This document shows positions 49,792-59,924 of a stretch of 64,000 bases of DNA, piece after piece. The first letter of the stretch is position 1, and the number at the start of each line of letters is the position of its first letter. Origin of the DNA: Candidatus Nomurabacteria bacterium (GTDB lineage: Bacteria > Patescibacteriota > Minisyncoccia > Phycocordibacterales > UBA9973). The notes beneath the pieces were generated by a model. It saw nothing but the letters and a program-made list of their open reading frames with translations, was not told the DNA's origin and did not search any database. The DNA lies in NCBI GenBank assembly GCA_031425235.1, contig JANPIZ010000004.1, positions 62 to 64,061 on the forward strand. The letters run 5' to 3'. Both the position numbers and the translations under genes were made by a program.

Positions 49792-50235
49792 TTAATTACT
49801 AGGACGCTGAGTCATCATATAATTTAACTGTTCTATTTCTAATCTTTGTTCAGGGGTAAGCTTTGTAGATCCTATATGGATACTGTCACGAAAAACTAAA
49901 AATAATGAAATGAGCGCTATCAAAACTATTATTGCAAAAAGCACATACTCTGCGTGCTTATCCTCTTTGATAATACCACCTGAATAATTCTTTACCATTG
50001 TTATTATTTTAGGAGTGTCGGATTGTTTAACATACTTAAAACCTGCATAACTATCAGTTTCGAAGCTAATACCTGCTACTTCTTTTTTTTGTGTAGTCTG
50101 AGTTTGAGTTGGTACGCTAGCTGCTGCAGTGTTTGATTGTGCTGGGACAGCATCAGAACTTGCCTCAAATTCACTTAAGGCATTTTGGATGTCTGCATTA
50201 CCTTTATTTTTTAACTCATCATCCATATCATACAT
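49792..50235 (-). CDS. Single-TM hypothetical protein, paralog of 47765..48160
   Basis: YSGGIIKEDKHAEYVL + TM. Confidence 0.75.
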   Translation of the reverse strand: MYDMDDELKNKGNADIQNALSEFEASSDAVPAQSNTAAASVPTQTQTTQKKEVAGISFETDSYAGFKYVKQSDTPKIITMVKNYSGGIIKEDKHAEYVLFAIIVLIALISLFLVFRDSIHIGSTKLTPEQRLEIEQLNYMMTQRPSN

Positions 50236-50323
50236 TATGAATAACTTTTCATAAAAAAGAAACCCTTAGGTGTGTATAAAGATTTCTCGAGGAAGTAAGT
50301 AGTATATTGTTAAGCTATTTTTA

Positions 50324-50875
50324 CTAAGCTTTCTTAAATGGAATACCGAGAAGACTGAAAAATTCTAGACCTTCTTTTTTGCTTTTAGCTGAAGACACAA
50401 TGGTGATAGAGAGGCCAAATACATCGCGTATGTCTTCATCGGCTGTTTCAGGGAATATGGTGTGTTCTTTTATACCCATAGTCATGTTACCTATGCTGTC
50501 GACAGCTGTGCGAGAAATACCTCGAAAGTCTTTGGTACGAGGAAGGGCTACATTTATGAGTTTATCTAAAAAGGCATACATTCTCTTTCCGCGGAGCGTA
50601 ACAACGATACCGATAGGGTCACCTTGGCGGATTTTGAAAGACGCAATTGACTTCTTTGCACCTTTTTTAAATGGTTGCTGCCCAGTGATTTTAGCGATAC
50701 GAAGTGAAATGGCATCGTTTTTGTTTTTATCTTTCTTTATTGCGGTACCGGTACCTACGTTGATCACCAACTTTTTAAGTCGTGGCGCAGCCATAGCATT
50801 TTTATAATGAAATTCATTTTTCATTTTTTCGAATACTTCTCCTTGTTTTTCTTTTACTGTTACTATTTTTGTCAT
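50324..50875 (-). CDS. rplE: 50S ribosomal protein L5
   Basis: ITGQQP, SIASFKIRQG, LPRTKDFRG. Confidence 0.97.
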   Translation of the reverse strand: MTKIVTVKEKQGEVFEKMKNEFHYKNAMAAPRLKKLVINVGTGTAIKKDKNKNDAISLRIAKITGQQPFKKGAKKSIASFKIRQGDPIGIVVTLRGKRMYAFLDKLINVALPRTKDFRGISRTAVDSIGNMTMGIKEHTIFPETADEDIRDVFGLSITIVSSAKSKKEGLEFFSLLGIPFKKA

Positions 50876-50895
50876 ATGTGTATTTAAATTTCTTA

Positions 50896-51201
50896 CTATA
50901 TTTCTTGATTGCTCTTTCGGGAAATTCGCACCATTTTGTCACCCACTTTCTTTTTACCAATCCGTGTTGCTTTGCCGCTTTTTGGATCGACAAGCATCAC
51001 ATTTGAAGCGTGTATTGGCATTTCTTTATCACGCATTCCTCCTTTCTCACCAGCTCTTCGAGGGCGTTGATGCTTCTTCATCATGTTTGCGCCTTCAACG
51101 ATAACTTTGTTCGCAGCTACGAGCACGCGGACAATCTTACCTTTTTTGCCTTTATCTTTACCTGTTGTGATTATTATACTGTCGCCTTTTTTTAATTTCA
51201 T
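50896..51201 (-). CDS. rplX: 50S ribosomal protein L24
   Basis: KKGD..GKDKGK.G..PIHASNV; start moved to MKLKKGD. Confidence 0.96.
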   Translation of the reverse strand: MKLKKGDSIIITTGKDKGKKGKIVRVLVAANKVIVEGANMMKKHQRPRRAGEKGGMRDKEMPIHASNVMLVDPKSGKATRIGKKKVGDKMVRISRKSNQEI

Positions 51202-51216
51202 TTTTTTATTATTTAC

Positions 51217-51255
51217 TCCCCAGGCAAGACCTAACATGTTAGGTCTTGCCTGGGG
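51217..51255. repeat. Perfect palindrome between rplN and rplX
   Basis: CCCCAGGCAAGACCTAACATGTTAGGTCTTGCCTGGGG. Confidence 0.85.
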
Positions 51256-51260
51256 ACTTA

Positions 51261-51632
51261 CTAAATCACCTCAGGTGCAAGAGAAATTATTTTTTGGAAA
51301 CCTTTCTCCGCGAGTTCGCGTGGGATCGGACCGAATACGCGACCTGCCTTTGGATCCTTCTTGCCTTTTTCGAGTAATACTACCGCGTTGTCGTCAAAAC
51401 GAATATACGAGCCATCTTTACGACGATGCGCTCCGCGCGTTCGCACAACCACTGCTTGGTATACATCTTTCTTCTTTACTGTTTTTCGAGGAGTAGCTAC
51501 TTTTACAGAAACGATGACAAGCTCACCGAGAGTTGCATACCTCTTTTTTGAAGAGCCTAAAATCTTGAACACCTTCCCTACGGTGCCTCCGCCATTGTCT
51601 GTTATTTTTACTAATGTTTCATTTTGTATCAT
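51261..51632 (-). CDS. rplN: 50S ribosomal protein L14
   Basis: MIQ..DN.G, RFDDNAVV, RVFGPI. Confidence 0.97.
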   Translation of the reverse strand: MIQNETLVKITDNGGGTVGKVFKILGSSKKRYATLGELVIVSVKVATPRKTVKKKDVYQAVVVRTRGAHRRKDGSYIRFDDNAVVLLEKGKKDPKAGRVFGPIPRELAEKGFQKIISLAPEVI

Positions 51633-51666
51633 ACCTGTCCGCCTCTGGCGGGAAATTTACTTATAA

Positions 51667-51933
51667 TTATTTACTGACTACTTTAAATCTTTTATCTTTT
51701 GAAATTGGTCGAACTTCTACCATCTCTACCGTGTCACCTTTCTTGGACCTGTTTTCTTCATCATGAGCTTTATATTTCTTGCTCACTTTGTAAAACTTGC
51801 CATAGAGTGGGTGTTTAATAAATCGAGAGACAGACACAACAACTGTTTTATCCATTTTGTCGCTCACCACAACACCTTTTAGGATATTTCCTTTTTTAGC
51901 CGTGGTATTTTTTTTTGTTGCTTTTGTTTTCAT
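51667..51933 (-). CDS. rpsQ: 30S ribosomal protein S17
   Basis: [20 protein letters not shown]. Confidence 0.97.
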   Translation of the reverse strand: MKTKATKKNTTAKKGNILKGVVVSDKMDKTVVVSVSRFIKHPLYGKFYKVSKKYKAHDEENRSKKGDTVEMVEVRPISKDKRFKVVSK

Positions 51934-51943
51934 ATGTAAATGT

Positions 51944-52138
51944 TTATGCTTTTACTTCACGTAATGAGGTCATGATTTGAGCTATCTGCTTTTTCAGTAC
52001 TGCTGATTCTTTGACATTTTTTGACTTAGAACCTTCAGCTTTGAAGCGAATCGTGCGTAATGTTTCTGACAATTCTCCAAGCTTTTTCTTAAGTTCATCA
52101 TGTGTCATATCTTTAAAATTGTTTTTTTTCTTTGCCAT
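51944..52138 (-). CDS. rpmC: 50S ribosomal protein L29
   Basis: Size, KKQIAQIMT, synteny. Confidence 0.9.
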   Translation of the reverse strand: MAKKKNNFKDMTHDELKKKLGELSETLRTIRFKAEGSKSKNVKESAVLKKQIAQIMTSLREVKA

Positions 52139-52142
52139 ATGA

Positions 52143-52571
52143 TTATTTTGTGTTTACTCGGGCTACGATTCTAGTTTTTATTGGAAGCTTGCTACCTGCT
52201 TTACGAAGAGCTTCACGAGCAACTGCTACAGGCACACCATCCACTTCGAAAATAATACGTCCCGGCAATACGTCGAAACAATATCCTTGTGGATCACCCT
52301 TTCCCTTTCCCATTCCCACTTCGGCTGCTTTTGCTGTAAAAGGTCGGTCAGGGAAAATACGAATCCAGTATTTACCCGCCTTGGTAAGCGTACGAGAAAC
52401 AACTTTTCGAGCCGCTTCGATTTGCTTTGACTTCACTCGAGCTTGGCTTTCAGATTTGAGTCCAAATGCCCCGAACGCAAGCTTTGTGCCTCGTGTTTCT
52501 GGTGAGATCGCTTTTTTATTCTTGCGTCCCGTTTGCCATTTTCTAAATTTTACTTTTTTTGGTAATAACAT
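52143..52571 (-). CDS. rplP: 50S ribosomal protein L16
   Basis: PKKVKFRK, WIRIFPD, MGKGKG. Confidence 0.97.
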   Translation of the reverse strand: MLLPKKVKFRKWQTGRKNKKAISPETRGTKLAFGAFGLKSESQARVKSKQIEAARKVVSRTLTKAGKYWIRIFPDRPFTAKAAEVGMGKGKGDPQGYCFDVLPGRIIFEVDGVPVAVAREALRKAGSKLPIKTRIVARVNTK

Positions 52572-52583
52572 AAAATATTTTAA

Positions 52584-53279
52584 TTAATTCGTATCTGTTT
52601 CCCTGGTTTCTCTTGCGTTTTGTTTTTTGGAAAAAATCTTACCTCTGTAAATCCATACCTTTATACCTATTACTCCGTAGGCAAGTGTTGCCCGTTCTCG
52701 CTTGAAATCAATGTCCGCGCGGAAAGTCTGAAGCGGGATACTGCCACGCTTAAGATCTTCCGTACGAGCAATTTCAGCTCCACCGAGTCGTCCACCGAGC
52801 ACGATACGTGCTCCTTCGACACCACGCACAGCCATAACTTTTTCGATGATTGTTTTGATCACGCGTCGATACGGCATTCGCTTTTCGAGACCTTCGGCTA
52901 CCATATAGGCTACGATCGCCGCATCTGCTTCTGGGTTTGTTATTTCTACAACTTCGAGCTTGAAGTCTTCGGGGCGAGGAAGTCCGAGTTTATCCATTTT
53001 CTTCAAAATATCTTCTTTAAGTTTTGTCGCACCTTCACCATTTCTACCGATGAGTATTCCGGGGCGAGATGTTTTGATTATAAAACGAGTTGCTTTTCGG
53101 CTGCGTTCTATTTCGATGCTTGATATATACATACCACGGAGCTTTTTTTCCAGCCATTGACGCACCAATACATCCCCTTTTAAATACGCTACATATTTTT
53201 TAGGGTCAGCAAACCAGCGAGATTTCCAATCTCGTAATATTACTAACCTATGTGCATATGGATGGACTATTTTACTCAT
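52584..53279 (-). CDS. rpsC: 30S ribosomal protein S3
   Basis: VHP..W.SRWF, GRLGGAEIAR, PLQTFRADID. Confidence 0.97.
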   Translation of the reverse strand: MSKIVHPYAHRLVILRDWKSRWFADPKKYVAYLKGDVLVRQWLEKKLRGMYISSIEIERSRKATRFIIKTSRPGILIGRNGEGATKLKEDILKKMDKLGLPRPEDFKLEVVEITNPEADAAIVAYMVAEGLEKRMPYRRVIKTIIEKVMAVRGVEGARIVLGGRLGGAEIARTEDLKRGSIPLQTFRADIDFKRERATLAYGVIGIKVWIYRGKIFSKKQNARETRETDTN

Positions 53280-53283
53280 AAAA

Positions 53284-53685
53284 TTATTTTGCTGTTGTTT
53301 TTTTTACAGTTTTCGCTGCTTTAGTTTTGGTTTTTAATGCTTTTTCTTTTGGTGCTTTCACTATCTTTTCTCCAAGTATCATCATGATGTGGCTTGTTCG
53401 TTTATTGATGCGATGTCCTGTACCCATGGCTGCTGGCATCATACGTTTCAAAGTAACACCTTTGTCTACTTGCAATCCTTTGATTATTAGATCATCTACT
53501 TCCTTGCCCATACCTTTAGCGTTCGCTACGGCTGACATCAAAAGTTTTTTCATGGGAGCTCCTGCACGCTTCGCCAAGAAATCAAGCTCAGCGATAGCAT
53601 CATTCACTTTTTTTCCTCGAATGAGTCCTGCAACAAGGCGAACTTTTCGTGGTGATTGTCTGTAATTTTTTAAATAAGCTTTCAT
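53284..53685 (-). CDS. rplV: 50S ribosomal protein L22
   Basis: SPRKVRLVA, SAVANA, KRTSHI. Confidence 0.97.
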   Translation of the reverse strand: MKAYLKNYRQSPRKVRLVAGLIRGKKVNDAIAELDFLAKRAGAPMKKLLMSAVANAKGMGKEVDDLIIKGLQVDKGVTLKRMMPAAMGTGHRINKRTSHIMMILGEKIVKAPKEKALKTKTKAAKTVKKTTAK

Positions 53686-53697
53686 GATGTTATATTA

Positions 53698-54045
53698 TTA
53701 TTTCTTCTTTGCGTCCCCTGCAGTCGCTGTGGCAGCTTTTGCGGCGTCTATTTCAGACTGCTTCTTCTTCGCTTCAAGTTCTTTCTGCATCTTTCCTCCG
53801 TGTTTCCTAAATGTTTTTGTTTCCGCGAATTCACCAAGTCTGTGACCCACCATGTCTTCAGTAACTAATACATCAATATGTTTCTTTCCGTTGTGTACGC
53901 CAAACGTAAAGCCGAGCATCTCAGGTGAAATAACTGAAGCTCGTTTCCATGTCTTGATGGTTGGAGTGTTCAACGGGTTTTTGCCAGCTATCTTTGTAAG
54001 TAGCTTTGGGTCCACATATACACCTTTTTTGATTGATCGTGTCAT
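53698..54045 (-). CDS. rpsS: 30S ribosomal protein S19
   Basis: [20 protein letters not shown]. Confidence 0.97.
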   Translation of the reverse strand: MTRSIKKGVYVDPKLLTKIAGKNPLNTPTIKTWKRASVISPEMLGFTFGVHNGKKHIDVLVTEDMVGHRLGEFAETKTFRKHGGKMQKELEAKKKQSEIDAAKAATATAGDAKKK

Positions 54046-54085
54046 TTAATTTAGCATTAAAAAAGCTCTTCACGAGCTTGTGCTT

Positions 54086-54113
54086 ATATTAACAAATTGG
54101 GGCGAAATGTCAA
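54086..54113 (-). promoter_or_regulatory. Promoter TTGACA-16-TAATAT for rpsS..rplE
   Basis: Consensus -35 and TG-extended -10. Confidence 0.7.
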
Positions 54114-54349
54114 ATAAAATAAGGTGGACTCAGAGTTGGTTGAAAATCAACTCTGAGTCCTTGTTTTTATTAATCGTCAAATATATACTTGTCGGCTAAA
54201 TCGCCGAGTTTTCCGCAAATATCCAGACATCCGAATACATTTTTAAGAATAGATATTGCATTTTCCTATCACCTCCCAGGGCATCATACAACAGAACAAT
54301 TAAAAAAACCAGTAATTTTTTACTGGTTTTTAAAATTTTCAAATACACT

Positions 54350-54459
54350 GTTCTGGCACCTACCTACTTTCCCCTATATGAGTATCATCGGCACTAACGG
54401 GCTTAATTGCTCTGTTCGGAATGGGAAGAGATGTGACTCCGCCGTTTAAGCACCAGAAC
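54350..54459 (-). rRNA. rrf: 5S rRNA
   Basis: TTCTGGTGCTT..CTCTTCCCATTCCGAACAGAGCAATTAAGCCC..GCCGATGATACT..AAAGTAGGTAGGTGCCAGAA. Confidence 0.93.
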
Positions 54460-55036
54460 ACTATATTCGAAACTTTATCAAATAAAATGCTTTAAGTTGG
54501 GGGTAACCTTATGCAATGTGCAAGGGTTACCCAAAGATATGTTGGGTGCGGAGCGTGCTAGATTTATCTATGTTAAGGTAAAGTTATAAACTATAACCAC
54601 CCACGGTCTTTCCCGCATCGAACCAGCAACCCAACTTAAAACATTTTATTTTTTGGTCCCCCACACCTACTTTGCTATCGTTCTGTTTTTCAAAACAAAA
54701 CTGTCTATCACTTTAATATTCTTACCTTAAATTTACCTTACAAGATAAAATAAAATCAGAACATAAAAACAATAGCAAAGTAGGTGTGGGGGTGTGATTT
54801 CCAAATTTCTTAACAGGAATCGAAACATTAGTACTTCTCAGCTCAACGTATTGCTACGCTTACACTTAAAGCCTATCAACCTGATCATCTCTCAGGGTTC
54901 TTAACGATTCCTAATCTTGAAGCTGGCTTCCCTCTTAGATGCTTTCAGAGGTTATCCATTCCCGACATAGCTACCGAGCAGTGCCCTTGGCAGGACAGCT
55001 CGTACACCAGAGGTCAGTTCACCCCGGTCCTCTCGT

Positions 55037-55890
55037 CACATAACTCCCCTATTTCTAGGAGTGCAGACTATATCTTCATCCGTCTTCATTTTCATAAAGC
55101 GAGGATGTTGGCGTATTACAAGCATAAGCCTGTTTCTCAAAAAATTGAAAGAAACTTTCGAGCGTTATGCAAGTCCGTTCTCCGACCCATGCCGGAGAAA
55201 CAAGTCGTTACGGGGTCAAACCTAAAATTTTATACAATTCACTTTTTGTTTTCTTCTTTTTAGTAGTATAGTTTTCACTTTGTATTACTAAAATTAAGTC
55301 CACAAGTTTTGTTAATTGTTTTTTACTTAGCTTACTAAATTTTGTTTCAGACAATATTTCACAAGCTTTTAAAAGAGCTTGTGTTTGAAGTTTTTTGAAA
55401 CGAATATATGGTGTCAAACTTTTAAGAATATTTCTTATTTGTTCGTAGCCATTTATTCTAAGTTCGGTCATTCCATCATTTCTATTGGAAATATAACCAA
55501 TACACAAAACCTCTTTTATCCAAGATAAAGTTTTTTTATGTCTGGTATCTTGATAAAAACAAATGGTTGCCATGAAACGAATTGCTCGTTTACTATCACT
55601 TCGCTTTTTAAGCTGAAGCATTAGGCTTCCATCGCCATCAAGAAATCCAGCAATGTATGCTAATTGAATTATTTTAGATCGACTTCCCACGGTATTATCT
55701 TAACATTTTCTGGTCCTCAAGTAAAATCCTGTAGTGAGCTATGCTCTACTACTGGGATAAATTCTCAGCACATGAACAGGACCGTTCATTATGTGCATGC
55801 TAAATTGGATAGAAAATGATGAAGACTTCACCGTTATTAGCCACTTTTTCATCACACATCTCTGCGTGAAGTAGCAGGCCCATACGGGCT
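55037..55890 (-). mobile_element. Group I intron in the sarcin-ricin loop (after E. coli-equivalent U2656) carrying a homing endonuclease
   Basis: Exon CCTAGT | intron ending in G | ACGAGAGGACC; AAGATATAGTC core; P1 with U.G pair. Confidence 0.9.
55208..55690 (-). CDS. Single-motif LAGLIDADG homing endonuclease
   Basis: LAYIAGFLDGDGS; inside the intron. Confidence 0.93.
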   Translation of the reverse strand: MGSRSKIIQLAYIAGFLDGDGSLMLQLKKRSDSKRAIRFMATICFYQDTRHKKTLSWIKEVLCIGYISNRNDGMTELRINGYEQIRNILKSLTPYIRFKKLQTQALLKACEILSETKFSKLSKKQLTKLVDLILVIQSENYTTKKKKTKSELYKILGLTP

Positions 55891-55953
55891 ACTAGGGGCA
55901 AATCTTCTCAAGAATCAACGAGTGCAGTAGATAGGAGACCAACCTGTCTCACG

Positions 55954-56265
55954 CATCTACATCCCAAATTACTTTGGGGATTGGACTATAGCTTCATCCT
56001 AAAATAAATTTAGGATTGCTGACGTTTAGTCTCTACGGGCTACTTTAGTTTAGTAAAGTATTCCCTCGGTATTGTCCTTGCTTTCGCATTCGGATTCCAC
56101 CGATACAAGTCAGCTTGTTACTATGCATTTCTACATAGCACCGCCGTGATGAACATTTAAGTTCATGGTTGTTTCAGTTTTAAATAACAGTTCAAGTTCA
56201 TTTTTCAACTTTCTTCCTCTGAGGGTTCAGACTATTAAAATCACAAATTTAAATTTATGACCTTA
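55954..56265 (-). mobile_element. ORF-less group I intron at E. coli-equivalent position 2593
   Basis: GGGTTCAGACCGT | 312 nt ending in G | CGTGAGACAG; AAGCTATAGTCC core. Confidence 0.9.
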
Positions 56266-56928
56266 ACGGTCTGAACCCAGCTCGCGTACCTTTTTAATTG
56301 GCGAACAGCCAAACGCTTGGTAGCTTCTCCGCCACCGCGCTAAGGTGAGCCGACATCGAGGTGCCGAACTCCGCCGTCGATATGAACTCTTGGGCGGAAC
56401 TAGCCTGTTATCCCTAGAGTAGCTTTTATCCGTTAATCTTCCATCGCGTCTAATACGAATGGTCGGTTCACTATATTCTGGTTTCCCACCTGCTCGAGAT
56501 GTACCTCTTACAGTCAAGCAATCTTGTGCTATTACACTATCGGCACGGTTTCCATTCGCGCCTAGATTACCTTTAAACCCCTCCTTTACTTTTTAGGAGG
56601 GTACAGCCCCAGTAAAACTATCCACCAGATACTGTCTCAATACGTTTTTGCCGTATTGGTTAGAACATGCCCTCAAAAAGAATGGTATTTCACTGACGAG
56701 TAGAGCACAGCCGAAACCGTACACATCAAACCTCTCCCATCTATGCTACGCAGTCTAAAAACATGCTCAATATCAAGTTATAGTAAAGCTTCTAGGGTCT
56801 TTTCGTCTAACTGCACTTAACCGGCATCTTCACCGGTATTGTATTTTCACCGAGCTGGTCCCCGAGACAGTTCTCCAGTCATTACACCATTCGTGCGCGT
56901 CGGAACTTACCCGACAAGGTATTTCGCT

Positions 56929-57135
56929 CTTCTATACCTAAGAAGGACTCTATCTTCATCCGCTCTTTCGAGGTGGGATGCTTGACGCTGGTCTCTCGTT
57001 AGCCAAGTTTTGACTGTCTGTACATTACTGCACAGCAGGTAGCATTCGAATAGTCTAATAATTTTTTAATTTAATTGTTTACTTTTTTCTACAACAGTCC
57101 CAGTCATTCCGCACTCGACTTGCGTCGAATGCAGA
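56929..57135 (-). mobile_element. Small ORF-less group I intron at E. coli-equivalent position 1931
   Basis: GGTCCTAAGGT | 207 nt ending in G | AGCGAAAT; AAGATAGAGTCC core. Confidence 0.88.
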
Positions 57136-57170
<35 letters not shown>

Positions 57171-58598
57171 CAGGGCTTATATCAATCACCATATAATATT
57201 GCTATTAGACAACGTCGATATTTGACCTTCTGGCATTGGTCAGGTGTCACCCCCTATACATCCTCTTGCGAGTTCGCAGGGAGCTGTGTTTTTGGTAAAC
57301 AGTTGCCAGAGATACTTTCGCTGCGGCCCCTCAATAAAGAGGGGCAAGCCTTATCCCGAAGTTACGGCTGCTTTTTTGCCGAGTTCCTTGGGGACCACTC
57401 ACTCGTTCGTCTTGGTCTACTCGACCTGATCACCTGTGTCGGTTTGCGGTACGGATTCTATACATATAAGTTTAGAGAGTTTTCTTGGAAGCGTGCTTTA
57501 TATTATCACCTAGTCCCGAGAGACTAAATTCTTTACTCCTCTTTCATATGACATGTAAGTCACGCTACGGATTTTCCTATAGCGTACAATTAAGGCATAA
57601 ACTTCAAATCCAATAATGAGCAATACATACTACACTCCGTCATCCCATCACTATATACAGAAGTCAGGGAATATTAACCCTGTGTCCATCGAGTACGGTT
57701 TTCACCATTCCCTTAGGCCCGACTAACCCTTGGCTGATTATCATTACCAAGGAAACCTTGATCTTTCGACGTGATGCGTTCTCAACATCATTGCGGTTAC
57801 TTGTGCCAACATTCTTACTTCCAAACGCTCCAGAAGCTCTCACGAGTCTTCCTTCACAGCAGATTGGAACACTCTCCTACCACTCGTAAAAAAATAAATT
57901 TTTACGAATCCTCAAATTCGGTAATATACTTAGCCCCAATTATTTTCGACGCAAAATCTCTAGATGAGTGAGCTGTTACGCTATCTTTAAAGGATGGCTG
58001 CTTCTAAGCCAACCTCCTCATTGTTTAAGAAACTTCACCTTCTTGTCTTACACTTAGTATATATTTAGGGACCTTATTTTGAGATCTGGGCTGTTTCCCT
58101 TTTCACCAATGGAGCTTCGCCCCCATAGTGTAACTGCCAGGCTATGGTTTCTGGTATTCGGAGTTTGATAGGTTTCGCGAGATTGCTCCCTGTCGAAATC
58201 TTCCAGTGCTCTACCCCCAGAAAAAACACCTGACGCTAGCCCTAAAGCTATTTCGGAGAGAACCAGCTATTACAGGGTTCGATTAGCTTTTCACTCCTTA
58301 CCACAAGTCATCCGAAGACGTTGTACGATCTACCGGTTCGGTCCTCCATTGCGATTTCTCGCAACTTCAACCTGCTCATGGCAAGCTCACCCTGCTTCGG
58401 GTCTTATGCATGCTACCAATTACGCGCTATTAACACTCGGTTTCCCTAGGGCTCTGTGGTTTTAGTCCACTTAGCCAGCAACATGAATAAACTCGTTGGC
58501 TCATTCTTCAATAGGCACGCCGTAGCAGATATAAATACCTGCATCGACTCCTTGTAGACATACGGTTTCAGGTCTATTTCACCGCCCTAATCGGGCTG

Positions 58599-58635
<37 letters not shown>

Positions 58636-59454
58636 ATCTGTAAGAGTATTTAGCCTTAGCGGTTAGTTCCGCTGGATTCCCCCCGGCCATTCATGTCCTG
58701 GGGTACTCAAGAATAACAATAAAAGAGATAAAATATTTTCGTTTACGGGACTATCACCCCCTATGGTGTCGCTTTCCAGCAACTTCAACTAACATTTTAT
58801 TTTTTGACTCTTCTAGAAATCTACATTGTTATCTTACAACCCCGAAGTATTGCTACTTCGGTTTGGGCTTCTTCCTTTTCGCTCGCCGCTACTAAGAAAA
58901 TAACTATTGTTCTCTACTCCTCCTGGTACTGAGATGTTTCACTTCCCAGGGTGTGCTCTTATTATCATAAAGATAAAAGTCATCAAGGTTTACTTGATGG
59001 GGTTTCCCCATTCGGAAATCTCCGGATCAAAGGTTGCTAGGCACCTCCCCGAAGCTTATCGCAGCTTTGCTACGTCCTTCATCGCCTCTTACAGTCTAGG
59101 CATCCACCGTACGCCCTTAAATTTCCTGTTAAGAAATTTGAAAATCACAATTCCACCTTTTCAGTGGAACATTCACCCCGCCTTGGCGGGGTAAGAATCC
59201 TTTTACATAATTATAATTCCCGACCGCTCGGGTAACCATGGAAACGAATTTTTCTCATCTCTAAAAAAGACCCCACCCTGTCACTCGTGAGCGACGGGGT
59301 AAGAAATTAGGATGAGGATTCAATTTTCAAAGTGTCATTCGTACTGATTTTTTAACAAAAAAACCGCCTTTCGGGCGGATAGCAGACAAAAGAAATTAGT
59401 CTACTCGGACCGCCTTTTTAAACTGTTTCTTAATATATTCATACTGATTAAACG

Positions 59455-59483
59455 AGTATATACTAAACTAAAAAAGATGTCAA
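59455..59483 (-). promoter_or_regulatory. Promoter TTGACA-17-TATACT for the stand-alone 23S-5S unit
   Basis: Near-consensus boxes ~330 nt upstream of 23S; no 16S upstream. Confidence 0.8.
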
Positions 59484-59585
59484 ATAATTATATAGTTAAC
59501 TATACAGCCTTATCTCTTAGGAAAATCTTTGGAAGAAAAACTCCTAAAATTAAAATCACTGATAGTGCAATTAAAGTCTTTTTTA

Positions 59586-59834
59586 TCATACTACTTTTTC
59601 TTCTAGAGTTTCAATTCTCTTATCATGATTGCTCATTACGACTTCAGTCAAATCGTCTAGCTTCTGATTTAGCTCGGTAAAACTTTCTCTTGTTTCTGTT
59701 TTGAAAGATTTTATTTCAGACCTAAATCCATCAAAATCAGATTTTAATTCTAAGAAGTCAGATTTTAATTCTGAAAAATCCTTCTTGGTGGCAAGAATAG
59801 AACTTAGTTTTTGAATATCTTTATCATCTAACAT
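59586..59834 (-). CDS. Small heptad-repeat coiled-coil protein
   Basis: DFSELKS-DFLELKS-DFDGFRS repeats; HDKRIETLE end. Confidence 0.75.
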   Translation of the reverse strand: MLDDKDIQKLSSILATKKDFSELKSDFLELKSDFDGFRSEIKSFKTETRESFTELNQKLDDLTEVVMSNHDKRIETLEEKVV

Positions 59835-59924
59835 GCTTATATTATATTATATTGCAAAACCTTCTGCAAACAACTAAAAGACCCTATTCCTAGGGTCTTT
59901 TTTAGAACTATTCAAAAGCTGAAC

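Noticed and set aside
4522-53665. Many 60-190 aa ORFs antisense to copA, recG, nrdJ, ftsH, the ATPase, secY and r-protein genes
   Set aside because: They fully overlap well-supported genes on the opposite strand and have no motifs.
59700-59790. 21-bp tandem repeats (AATCAGATTTTAATTCT..) considered as a CRISPR or VNTR
   Set aside because: They encode heptad coiled-coil repeats with no unique spacers; no CRISPR array or cas gene was seen in the window.
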